Notes: generated by a model from the letters alone, not told the origin. Positions 18,340 through 26,817 are shown, counted from the first letter of the stretch. The stretch: 33,718 nucleotides of DNA from an uncultured virus (IMG/VR IMGVR_UViG_3300025120_000026) (IMGVR_UViG_3300025120_000026), one strand, 5' to 3'. A program made the numbers and translations.

Positions 18340-19818
18340 TTAAGCACCTACTCTTTCGCCAACATAGTTTAATGTCTTTTTTGCTCTAGTTATTGCAACA
18401 TAGCAAAGGTTACGTTCTTGGGCTTTAGCCGATACTGATTTAGCCATAGGATGAGGCATAACTTCAGGCTTTAGAATCCAAACATTATCTGCTTCTAATC
18501 CTTTAGCCTTATGTATAGTAGAGAAGATAACTCCTCTCTTCTTACCGTCACCGAATATCTTCTTGATGTTATCTAACAATCCTTGAACAGTACTAGTGTT
18601 ACCAGTTAGATGTAAGATACATTGTGCTTTATCTTGCATTGATACAACTGCGTTTTCTTTGTCAGCCCTTCTGAATGCTTCACAAGCAACTTCAACATGT
18701 GCGTTTAATTGTGGAATGAATTGTTCAATTCTCATTGAGCCATTCTCTGTTACTTTCTTAATAAGTAATTGTAGTGAATAACCAATGTCTCTACCTAATA
18801 CAAAGGCAGGTATACCTTGAGCGATTAGATTAAAACATTCTCCAACTAAAGGAGCATTAACTCTACATAATACTAAGTCACCAACACTAGGGTTGAAAGA
18901 AACATTAGTGTTAACTTCACCTTCAGGAGCATCTTCTCTACAAGTATATCCTTTAAAGAATCTGTTTGCTTCTGCAACTACAGTCTTAGGACATCTCCAA
19001 GTAATAGATAACTCAAACACCTTAACTTTTCTAGGTGAATCAGATAGAGTCTTGTGAAACATATCCATACTTGCTGAATCTGCCCCACGGAAACCATAAA
19101 TTGCTTGCTTTGGGTCACCAACTACAATCATTCTTCCACCGTTACAAGATTTAAGAATTAACTTTCTTTGAACTTCATTGAAGTCTTGTGCTTCGTCTAC
19201 GAATAACGTATCGTAGTGTCTAACAGGTAAATCCATAACTACAGGTAGCCAAATCATATCATCGAAGTCAACAGTAGATAAATCCATACAGTTATTGATA
19301 ATTGTAGGGAAGTAATCTAACGCAGTACTTCTATCTTCAAGACCATCAAACTCAATGTCATATTCATCAATTAAAGATAGTAAAGATTCTTTATCACTAG
19401 CATCTACTAGAGATGATTTAGATAGAGATACTAACTTAACTAGTGCAGGGGCAGATTTGTATTTACCTAATACACTGTTAATGATTTTGTATACTTTCTT
19501 GTTATCTACTTTAGATACTCTTGATTGCTTTTTGATTGCAGAAAAGCCTAGACTATGAAAAGTCATTGCTTCACAATCAGATGGCAGTTTAGTTCCTAGT
19601 TCAGTAGCAATGGCTTTGTTAAAGGCTAGAAAACCTTTACTTCCATTAACTGATTTAGCACTTTGAACTATGGTAAAAGTCTTACCTGTTCCTGCACCTG
19701 CATATACCATTACATGACTTTCGCCGTGGGCTATTTCGTTCCATATTTCATCTTGTTCTTCAGTTCCTTGTATATTATATAACGCATTTAATCTGTATAA
19801 TTTTTTATTCATCTTCAT
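18340..19818 (-). CDS. UvrD/Rep-like superfamily 1 helicase
   Basis: AGAGTGKT, DEAQD, VGDPKQAIYGFRGAD, TWRCP, STIHKAKGLEAD, YVAITRAK. Confidence 0.95.
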   Translation of the reverse strand: MKMNKKLYRLNALYNIQGTEEQDEIWNEIAHGESHVMVYAGAGTGKTFTIVQSAKSVNGSKGFLAFNKAIATELGTKLPSDCEAMTFHSLGFSAIKKQSRVSKVDNKKVYKIINSVLGKYKSAPALVKLVSLSKSSLVDASDKESLLSLIDEYDIEFDGLEDRSTALDYFPTIINNCMDLSTVDFDDMIWLPVVMDLPVRHYDTLFVDEAQDFNEVQRKLILKSCNGGRMIVVGDPKQAIYGFRGADSASMDMFHKTLSDSPRKVKVFELSITWRCPKTVVAEANRFFKGYTCREDAPEGEVNTNVSFNPSVGDLVLCRVNAPLVGECFNLIAQGIPAFVLGRDIGYSLQLLIKKVTENGSMRIEQFIPQLNAHVEVACEAFRRADKENAVVSMQDKAQCILHLTGNTSTVQGLLDNIKKIFGDGKKRGVIFSTIHKAKGLEADNVWILKPEVMPHPMAKSVSAKAQERNLCYVAITRAKKTLNYVGERVGA

Positions 19819-19849
19819 ATTATTATTTCTCCTTATTTGTATTTATCAA

Positions 19850-20305
19850 TGAGCATTATCGCTCAGGGAATGTGATAGTGGATGCTGGAAGTCTAAGGGG
19901 TAACAAACCCTTGCAGTAGGCAGAAACAAAAAAAAGAAAATGTTTTTAGACGATTAGTTGCAATACCAGCGTGAGTAGTTTGCGGAAGGATAGTAATTAA
20001 TCCTTTTTATGGGTAAACCGCAGGGGTTGGATATCGAGGTAAGATATCAATGGTTGTGAGTGTTAGGTTGAAAGGAAAGAATTAACGTACTATGCCGTTT
20101 TCCACGAAAGTCACTGAGTATCTATGACTTGATACACGTATTATATATTTACAGTCTTTATACTACTATTTTTTTTATAGCGCATAGTATCTAATTAAGT
20201 GTACTCACTAGATTAAAGACAAACTTTCTAAATATCTTTTCGGTGATGTTTCTTTTTGTTTTCGTTAGCCATAAACTAACTTTCACAAACTTACGCATCG
20301 CCACT
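19850..20305. ncRNA. Candidate structured non-coding RNA or long leader
   Basis: ORF-free with many nested inverted repeats (GCTGG/CCAGC, GTCTAA/TTAGAC, TGCGG/CCGCA, AAGGAT/ATCCTT, GTCTTTA/TAAAGAC, GGTGATG/CATCGCC). Confidence 0.3.
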
Positions 20306-20419
20306 TTTCTTATTATTGGCAAACCTTTCAGTTTTCCTAGATTGCAAGTTATCTTAAAGAGCCGCTAAGCAATATATAATTACCTTGGTCATCAATCTTG
20401 GGAATGGGATATGATTATC

Positions 20420-20760
<341 letters not shown>

Positions 20761-20960
20761 ATAATCAATCGGGATATGAAGGCAATCAATCAATGGCTTA
20801 TATTGGTACTGAATATTTACTCCTTTACTCACTAAGGCATTATAGGCATCATTAGGAATGGTTGCGCTTTTGATGTGACTGATATACCTCAATATGGTCA
20901 TGAGGGTATATAAAGGAAACCCACCCATGCGAGGAATCCACAGAATAACTCTTACCTATT

Positions 20961-21000
20961 ACCATATGGTTGTACTTTGGCAGACAACCACATTAATACT
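20961..21000 (+). promoter_or_regulatory. CCATATGG palindromic element copy 1 (right arm only) plus TATA-like box
   Basis: ACCATATGGTTGTACTTTGG then CATTAATACT. Confidence 0.7.
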
Positions 21001-21058
21001 TAATTCCCTAAATAATATTGTCAAACGGGTTGGATAACTAACTCAGAGGTGAAATAAA

Positions 21059-21547
21059 ATGGTAAAAATAGATTATGAACAATTTAAAGAACAAACGATG
21101 AATCACATTAATGATACTGATGTGTGCGATAAAGGTACACTCAGTGTTATCATTAATATGTTTAAAACTGCTGATGTTAACACTAGAAGGCGAAGTGGAG
21201 TAACAACAGGAATCAAAGAGATTACTAGAGGATTGCCTGATGGCCCTAACTTTAGCAATCCTAACGCTCCTGTACGTGCTGGCTTCTCAAGTGAACTTCT
21301 AATGTTACTTGCGCCCTATTATGCAATATGCAAAACAATGGGTGAGCAGTATGACGAAGGTGGAGATGTGCTTAGAGCAATCTTGACCCCTCGTAAATCT
21401 AAAGACCGCACTCACTATTCAAATGGTGCGGAATTCGCAGAAACTTTGGTTAACTCCATGAACGGAGTAATCAAGGCCGCTATCAAAGACGGAAGTTTTG
21501 ATGGCTTAACAGAAGAATCTTTAGTTAACCTCTTGGAGGCTAACTGA
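21059..21547 (+). CDS. Hypothetical protein (cassette 1)
   Basis: 162 aa with strong GAGGTGA RBS. Confidence 0.85.
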   Translation: MVKIDYEQFKEQTMNHINDTDVCDKGTLSVIINMFKTADVNTRRRSGVTTGIKEITRGLPDGPNFSNPNAPVRAGFSSELLMLLAPYYAICKTMGEQYDEGGDVLRAILTPRKSKDRTHYSNGAEFAETLVNSMNGVIKAAIKDGSFDGLTEESLVNLLEAN

Positions 21548-21577
21548 AGTTAACTTGAAGGCCTGTTTGACGCTTTA

Positions 21578-21682
21578 GAAAGTTAAGGGATAACACGATA
21601 TGATTATTACGTCCGTGAATAGACTCAAAATCATCAATGTGTATATCCCTTAACTTTCCCCTTCTTTTTTTTTTTATTTTTT
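21578..21682 (+). terminator. 81-nt hairpin plus U-tract
   Basis: GAAAGTTAAGGGATA (21578-92) pairs with TATCCCTTAACTTTC (21644-58), 15 bp perfect; poly-T follows. Confidence 0.75.
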
Positions 21683-21698
21683 AAAATTTTTGGGGTTG

Positions 21699-21756
21699 TT
21701 ACCAAAGTACAACCATATGGTCATACACTTTGGTAAGATATGACCATAAGTACTAA
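21699..21756 (+). promoter_or_regulatory. CCATATGG palindromic element copy 2 plus TATA-like box
   Basis: TTACCAAAGTACAACCATATGGTCATACACTTTGGTAA then CATAAGTACT. Confidence 0.75.
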
Positions 21757-21775
21757 TTTCTACTAGTAATTACAG

Positions 21776-21961
21776 TTTGATGCAGTAAAGAACGAACTAG
21801 GAAAGACCTACCAATATGAAATTGAAATCGGAGAAATGAAAGCGGGTTCGGAAATTGTGAGAGTGTTAAAAACTCTTAAAGTCCGAGGCGATGACTTAGC
21901 GGAAGTATTAGAACAAGTTAAGTTATCATTGAAAGTAGTTGATACAATGGAGTTGAAATAA
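21776..21961 (+). CDS. Small hypothetical protein (cassette 2), start uncertain
   Basis: Open frame FDAVKNELGK...MELK whose stop overlaps the next ATG; first in-frame ATG is at 21836. Confidence 0.5.
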   Translation, partial: FDAVKNELGKTYQYEIEIGEMKAGSEIVRVLKTLKVRGDDLAEVLEQVKLSLKVVDTMELK

Positions 21962-22320
21962 TGCCTTTATTAATTGGAGTAAAAAATGGAATTGAAAAAG
22001 GATTCACAGAGAACGAACTTGATATTATCAATAGTTTACCTTTTGGTGTTCTTATGATGTCATCTCTAACGGGAGTTATTGAAGATGTTAACGAATTTAG
22101 ATTAATGGTTTTAGAAAAAAATTTTATTACTAAGATATACCCTACAAGTTTCCTTAAAGAATTCTTATCAGAAGATATGGTCACAAGGATGAAAGATGCT
22201 GATTGGTCTTGTAACGTTGGTACAACTACAAGAGCAAAATTTAACAAAGAAGTAAAAAGAATATTATATTCACAACATAAAGAGCATTTTACTAATTACC
22301 TAATGGGGGATGAAGAATGA
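21961..22320 (+). CDS. Hypothetical protein (cassette 2)
   Basis: 119 aa, TAATG/ATGA coupled. Confidence 0.75.
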   Translation: MPLLIGVKNGIEKGFTENELDIINSLPFGVLMMSSLTGVIEDVNEFRLMVLEKNFITKIYPTSFLKEFLSEDMVTRMKDADWSCNVGTTTRAKFNKEVKRILYSQHKEHFTNYLMGDEE

Positions 22321-22487
22321 GTTATAATATAATTCGTTTTTACTTTGATAAGCCTTCTAGAGTAATGGAAAAAGGCTTAACATTAGAAGAGGCTCAAGAA
22401 CATTGTCGTGACCCTGAAACAAGTGGCTCAACTTGTTCGGACTTGTCAAAGCGTGGTCAATGGTTCGATGGATATGAGGAGGCTTAA
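22317..22487 (+). CDS. Small phage-type hypothetical protein
   Basis: Not in track. MSYNIIRFYF...GLTLEEAQEHCRDPETSGSTC...WFDGYEEA. Confidence 0.75.
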   Translation: MSYNIIRFYFDKPSRVMEKGLTLEEAQEHCRDPETSGSTCSDLSKRGQWFDGYEEA

Positions 22488-22490
22488 GTT

Positions 22491-22661
22491 ATGGCTGAGT
22501 TATTTCAAAGAAGGCATTTTAATTGGATAGCGGACTTACTGGGAGAGTTAGACTTGAGCGAGTCTGACTTAACCTATGTTATACAACAATTAGAATATAC
22601 GAACAACAACTTTAACGCTGATAGATTCAGAGAGGCAGTTAAGGCACATAGCATTAATTGA
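22491..22661 (+). CDS. Small phage-type hypothetical protein
   Basis: Not in track. GGAGG RBS; MAELFQRRHFNWIADLL...NFNADRFREAV. Confidence 0.75.
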   Translation: MAELFQRRHFNWIADLLGELDLSESDLTYVIQQLEYTNNNFNADRFREAVKAHSIN

Positions 22662-22695
22662 GGGGGCTTCGGCCCTCTCTTTTTTTTTATTTTTT
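22660..22695 (+). terminator. Hairpin (UUCG loop) plus U-tract terminator
   Basis: GAGGGGGC-TTCG-GCCCTCTC then long T-run. Confidence 0.85.
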
Positions 22696-22713
22696 ATGAT
22701 TGTAGGCTTGCTA

Positions 22714-22762
22714 ACAAAGTACAACCATATGGTTGCTCTTTGTGGTAACCCACCATATACTG
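22714..22762 (+). promoter_or_regulatory. CCATATGG palindromic element copy 3 plus TATA-like box
   Basis: ACAAAGTACAACCATATGGTTGCTCTTTGT (30-bp near-perfect palindrome) then CATATACT. Confidence 0.8.
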
Positions 22763-22810
22763 AATTATCCTGTTATATAACAGTTCAACCCGAACCAAAG
22801 GAGATAAAAG

Positions 22811-23659
22811 GTGAAAAAAATGACAAATGATGAAAATACACACATGACAGATAAAGACGTAAAAGAAATTAATGATTTACTTGATAATTGGAAAATATTG
22901 AATTCCGATTGGAAAAAGATGAACGGATTACCTCAAGCCCTCAATATGTGGGCTAAGAGAAGCGTAACTCCTGTTAATCGTAAATCTGCTCTCACTAGTT
23001 TGAAATTAATATGGAAATCCGCATCCAGTGCGGTTGAATACCGTGAAGAAGGTCGAACAGATGCCGATGATATCAAAAGTGGTTATCTAAATACTAAAGG
23101 GGAAGGATGGAGAAGTCCTTTTTCTTCTAGAGCAACCTCAACAGTCGATGCAGATACGGAAACCGTAATATCGAGCATAATATCAGCGAGAGCGAATATG
23201 GCTACTTTAATTGATGGTATTTCTAATGGTGATGATATTTTAGATATCTATGAAGCCCCAGTAGGGGATATCCCAAAAGAGACAAAGGAGAAAATGAGTA
23301 ATATTGAATTATTAGCATTTGCTCAACAACATGCACTTGAAGAAGTTGAAGAAGTTCTTGAAGCATGGGCAAAAACTCTAGTATTGGAAACACTTCCGTT
23401 GAGTTCGATAAATCCGAACCAACATAACTTAAGTTTCAAGACTACGTTTGATATATTATCTCAAAATGCTACCGTCAGCAAATTAAGACAATATCGAAGA
23501 GCCTTCGATGAAAAATTAGATAGTACGTATACTAATAAGGACAAAAAGGAGGTTCTAATTGCCCGCCATAAGGTAAAATGGTCAGGAAAGTTAGAAGATG
23601 CTCCAGTTATCAACTATACGCCCCTTCCTAGGCAAAAAAATGGAGATGAGGAAAAATAA
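22811..23659 (+). CDS. Hypothetical protein (cassette 3)
   Basis: 282 aa ORF; start is GTG 22811 (GGAG RBS) or ATG 22820 (GGTGA RBS). Confidence 0.85.
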   Translation: MKKMTNDENTHMTDKDVKEINDLLDNWKILNSDWKKMNGLPQALNMWAKRSVTPVNRKSALTSLKLIWKSASSAVEYREEGRTDADDIKSGYLNTKGEGWRSPFSSRATSTVDADTETVISSIISARANMATLIDGISNGDDILDIYEAPVGDIPKETKEKMSNIELLAFAQQHALEEVEEVLEAWAKTLVLETLPLSSINPNQHNLSFKTTFDILSQNATVSKLRQYRRAFDEKLDSTYTNKDKKEVLIARHKVKWSGKLEDAPVINYTPLPRQKNGDEEK

Positions 23660-23666
23660 GAGAAAA

Positions 23667-23705
23667 TGGTTCGGGTTGAACCACTTCTTTTATTTTTTTT
23701 GTTTT
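23667..23705 (+). terminator. 3' arm of long-range inverted repeat plus U-tract
   Basis: TGGTTCGGGTTGAAC is the exact reverse complement of 22783-22797; T-rich tract follows. Confidence 0.7.
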
Positions 23706-23722
23706 CCGAGAACCTGTATTCT

Positions 23723-23773
23723 CAAAGAGACAGAACCATATGGTTGCACTTTGTAGCAATCACATTAATACCT
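23723..23773 (+). promoter_or_regulatory. CCATATGG palindromic element copy 4 plus TATA-like box
   Basis: CAAAGAGACAGAACCATATGGTTGCACTTTG then CATTAATACC. Confidence 0.75.
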
Positions 23774-23791
23774 AATTTACTTAGTTATACC

Positions 23792-24034
23792 ATGCAACAA
23801 TCAAAAGAAGTAATCATCCCAAGAGCAATTAAAGAAAGTAGACGTGAGAATATCGCATTAGGTTATGGTGGTAAACTTAGCCGAAATCAAATGATAGGAT
23901 TAAAAATAGCAATTAGAGAAAAACATGCTAGCGCAATTGATATGCGTATTCCTTGGCATCCTCGCTCCGCTCAGTTAGAATACGAGGCACAACTTAGGAA
24001 GAAAGCAAATAAACATGCTTCATCTTCTGCATAA
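23792..24034 (+). CDS. Small basic protein, probably leaderless (cassette 4)
   Basis: ATG lies 21 nt after the TATA-like ATAC; the longer track ORF runs through a terminator and the repeat. Confidence 0.65.
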   Translation: MQQSKEVIIPRAIKESRRENIALGYGGKLSRNQMIGLKIAIREKHASAIDMRIPWHPRSAQLEYEAQLRKKANKHASSSA

Positions 24035-24037
24035 TAC

Positions 24038-24333
24038 TCCTGTTACATAAAGGGCTAGCCCGTAACAATAGCCAAAGATAGTCATTACAAAGCGCAGTCA
24101 CTCCGATACAAGCACACTACGCCATTCACAAGTTTACTGAATACTAGTAAAACAGCAAACTCCCTGTTGGAATTGCCTTCTGTACGTGCATCACATAAGT
24201 CGAAATTCACTGTGACTATCCGAGGCTTCACACTCCTCAAACCAACAATAAAACAACTCAAAGACAGACCTAACGCTTCTCAGAAGGCTACCTGATTTGA
24301 CACGTTTTATTGTTGGTTTTGACCTTTTTTTTT
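24038..24333 (+). ncRNA. Candidate structured RNA / long 3' element ending in an 81-nt hairpin and U-tract
   Basis: TGTTAC/GTAACA, GATAGTCA/TGACTATC (24077/24213), TTTACT/AGTAAA, AACAG/CTGTT, GAGG/CCTC, and a 16-bp stem 24239-54/24304-19. Confidence 0.55.
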
Positions 24334-24358
24334 GTTATTCAAGTTTGGTTCTATTAGC

Positions 24359-24408
24359 CAAAGTATAGAACCATATGGTTGCACTTTGTAGCAATCAGAC
24401 TTATACTA
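24359..24408 (+). promoter_or_regulatory. CCATATGG palindromic element copy 5 plus TATA-like box
   Basis: CAAAGTATAGAACCATATGGTTGCACTTTG then CTTATACT. Confidence 0.75.
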
Positions 24409-24426
24409 ACTATTACTCGTTAACTC

Positions 24427-25299
24427 ATGGTTAAGCAAGATTGCATATATGAACGAACGATGACAGTAACTTATGAGCGTAAGGGTGATGCTCTCTATTA
24501 CGATGAATTTAATGATATTAAGGAAAACATAAATAGAGAGTTATATGAAAATGGTTATCCTTTAGTTAGTACTTATTCCCTTCAATCATTTGATGAATTA
24601 GATGAGTATGATTATTATCCTAAAGTAAATAAAAGAAAAGAAGAAAAATTCTTTGTTAGAACTACTTCTGAAGATGATGGCGAAATATATACATTAAGTG
24701 AGAATCATTGGAAAGACGACGCACAAAGTGTAATAACCGCAGTAAAATTTTATGCTTCGTTAAATAATTTACCCGCTCCAGTCATACAATTAGAAACAAA
24801 GGTAACTGAAACCAAGAATACATCTAGACCTACTTGTAGTTATAGAAATTTAGTTCCCTATGTTTTTACAAGTGATGATAATGATACATCTAAACTAGAT
24901 GATTTGTTATATGATGTTGTATCTAGAAACGTTGCATATAGTCAAGACACGGTTCTAAGAATTAGTGAAGATATAGATGAGGAATCTAACGAAAATAACT
25001 ATTCAACAGTAAAAACTACTCTTGAGATTGGTAAGTTACATACCACATTAACATTTAGTGTTCAATGGGAAGCCCCAGTTAAATCAACTAAGGCTAACAT
25101 TGAGCATCATTTAGTAACTCTGCCCGAATTATTAACGGCTAAAGTTATGAATGTTGTCGAAGCAATTCTTAAGGATAATTGGGATTTAGACGAAGATAGC
25201 ACTACTATTGATTGTGTTACACAGTCTAACATTAATACTCAAGCCGAGTGTTCTCCGGCGGTTATTTCCTCACTCAGGAAGACTAAAGCAGAATTGTAA
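24427..25299 (+). CDS. Acidic hypothetical protein, probably leaderless (cassette 5)
   Basis: 290 aa; no RBS; ATG 21 nt after ATAC. Confidence 0.85.
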   Translation: MVKQDCIYERTMTVTYERKGDALYYDEFNDIKENINRELYENGYPLVSTYSLQSFDELDEYDYYPKVNKRKEEKFFVRTTSEDDGEIYTLSENHWKDDAQSVITAVKFYASLNNLPAPVIQLETKVTETKNTSRPTCSYRNLVPYVFTSDDNDTSKLDDLLYDVVSRNVAYSQDTVLRISEDIDEESNENNYSTVKTTLEIGKLHTTLTFSVQWEAPVKSTKANIEHHLVTLPELLTAKVMNVVEAILKDNWDLDEDSTTIDCVTQSNINTQAECSPAVISSLRKTKAEL

Positions 25300-25307
25300 A
25301 CTTAACC

Positions 25308-25375
25308 CCCTGTAGGGTCTATCGTTAGTTAACGGTAGGCTCTGCGGGGTCTTTTTTTTATTTTTTATTTTTTTT
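25308..25375 (+). terminator. 19-bp G-U-rich hairpin plus U-tract
   Basis: CCCTGTAGGGTCTATCGTT-AGTT-AACGGTAGGCTCTGCGGGG; five G-U pairs indicate a plus-strand RNA structure. Confidence 0.8.
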
Positions 25376-25399
25376 AGCCCCTCTCCACCCAAGATAACT

Positions 25400-25431
25400 A
25401 CAAAGTATAATCTACAACCATATGGCTTTGT
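25400..25431 (+). repeat. CCATATGG element copy 6 (asymmetric, closes the array)
   Basis: ACAAAGTATAATCTACAACCATATGGCTTTGT; no adjacent ORF. Confidence 0.7.
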
Positions 25432-25801
25432 GTTTAAAAATTTTTTTTTCTTTTATTCATTATTTTATTTAAAACGTAGTGTTTTTTATTAATTTTAACG
25501 TTTTTTAATGCTAAATAACTTAATAATTATAACTAATAAAACAATTATTAAAGGGCCACTCTATTAATTAAAACATACAAGGAAACAAGCACATAAAAAT
25601 CGAAGATTTTTTGTGCGTGATAATAAATGCTAATAACTACAACGCTTATTGTGGGAATAGGAAGTTAAGAAAAAAAAAATCGCCGCTAGTGGTAAAAAAA
25701 TTCCAGCCCATTTTCTGAAAAATAAAGGGTATAACTATTTTCCCCGCATAAATTGTTTTAGGCTAGGTAATAATCCGCTTTATTATTAGGGATGTGGTAT
25801 A

Positions 25802-25939
25802 ATGAGTAAACAGAAAGAAAGATTAGTTAAAGAATTATGGACAATATTAGGGGATAACGTATATTCGCTAACAGAATCGCAAATTAGGGACTTAAAATTC
25901 TATATTTTAGAGCAATCTAATCAGGTGAGCGTTTTATGA
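25802..25939 (+). CDS. Small hypothetical protein
   Basis: Not in track. MSKQKERLVKELWTILG..., ATGA-coupled to the next ORF. Confidence 0.6.
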   Translation: MSKQKERLVKELWTILGDNVYSLTESQIRDLKFYILEQSNQVSVL

Positions 25940-26136
25940 TAGGAATTAATGCTAGTTTGTATGCAATTGATGGTGATTTAAGTCAAATGGATGAAAATGA
26001 TTTAATAAATTATATTTGTAAGACTTATCGTTTAGAACCGGATACTTTTAGGGCATTGACCACTACGGATAGATTAAGGCTTCATTGTCAATTGGTTAGA
26101 AATGATAAAATTAACAAAATGAACCTAGGATATTAG
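25936..26136 (+). CDS. Hypothetical protein
   Basis: 66 aa with GGTGA RBS. Confidence 0.65.
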   Translation: MIGINASLYAIDGDLSQMDENDLINYICKTYRLEPDTFRALTTTDRLRLHCQLVRNDKINKMNLGY

Positions 26137-26137
26137 T

Positions 26138-26365
26138 ATGTGGCAAAACGTTCTTCTGAAGAAGTGGTATCCTTACTGTAAGAAATGTAATTATGCAAAA
26201 GACCCTAACTTATCTTTAGGTAACAAAGACTATTGTAAAAAATGTAAGGCTAAAACCGAGACAGGCTATAGCAAGAATGAAAAGCGAGTTTACTTTCCCC
26301 TGACACCTAGGGAAGTTAAGTCTAGAGAAAGATTAGGGTCGCTAAAAGAGATTGATGATACATGA
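26138..26365 (+). CDS. W-tag protein with Zn finger
   Basis: Starts MWQNVLLKK; YCKKC twice. Confidence 0.75.
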   Translation: MWQNVLLKKWYPYCKKCNYAKDPNLSLGNKDYCKKCKAKTETGYSKNEKRVYFPLTPREVKSRERLGSLKEIDDT

Positions 26366-26619
26366 ATTGGCAAAATATAATTAAAACAGTTGACGGAACT
26401 AATGAAGGAATGGAATGGGGTGGAGATGGGCCTGAACCTAAAGAAGATGACCGTCAACGGACTGAAAGAGAAGAAGGAAACTATGAGAATTATATGTTTG
26501 TTTCACATAAATTAGGTTCTGTTATACATTCTCTTCAGAAATTACTGGACGGCAAGGATGATAATTATTCAAGAATTGAACTAGAGCATATTTTAGACAT
26601 AGCAAACGAAAAGAAGTGA
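26362..26619 (+). CDS. W-tag acidic protein
   Basis: Starts MNWQNIIK. Confidence 0.8.
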   Translation: MNWQNIIKTVDGTNEGMEWGGDGPEPKEDDRQRTEREEGNYENYMFVSHKLGSVIHSLQKLLDGKDDNYSRIELEHILDIANEKK

Positions 26620-26625
26620 TTTAAA

Positions 26626-26817
26626 ATGAATTGGCAAAATATACTAAAAAATAAACCTTTAGTTGCTGGACAAAATAAATTAGATAAAGATAACGATGGA
26701 GACATTGATGAAAAAGATTTGGAAATAATGAGAAAGTTTTCTTTGTTTGGTAAAAAACCACCTAAGTCCTCAGAGGTTGGTAAAGTTGATACTGAAGAAG
26801 AGGAGGAAGACGAATGA
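26626..26817 (+). CDS. W-tag protein with EF-hand-like loop
   Basis: Starts MNWQNILK; DKDNDGDIDEKD. Confidence 0.8.
   Translation: MNWQNILKNKPLVAGQNKLDKDNDGDIDEKDLEIMRKFSLFGKKPPKSSEVGKVDTEEEEEDE

Noticed and set aside
48..19558. Plus-strand ORFs in the left arm
   Set aside because: All are antisense shadows of well-supported minus-strand genes, with no recognisable motifs.
23666..23791. N-terminal extension of the 122-aa track ORF
   Set aside because: It runs through a T-tract terminator, the palindrome and the TATA-like box; ATG 23792 fits the promoter spacing.
20961..25431. CRISPR array interpretation of the palindromic repeats
   Set aside because: Spacing is 0.6-1.05 kb with whole genes between copies, the repeats are degenerate and no cas genes are present.
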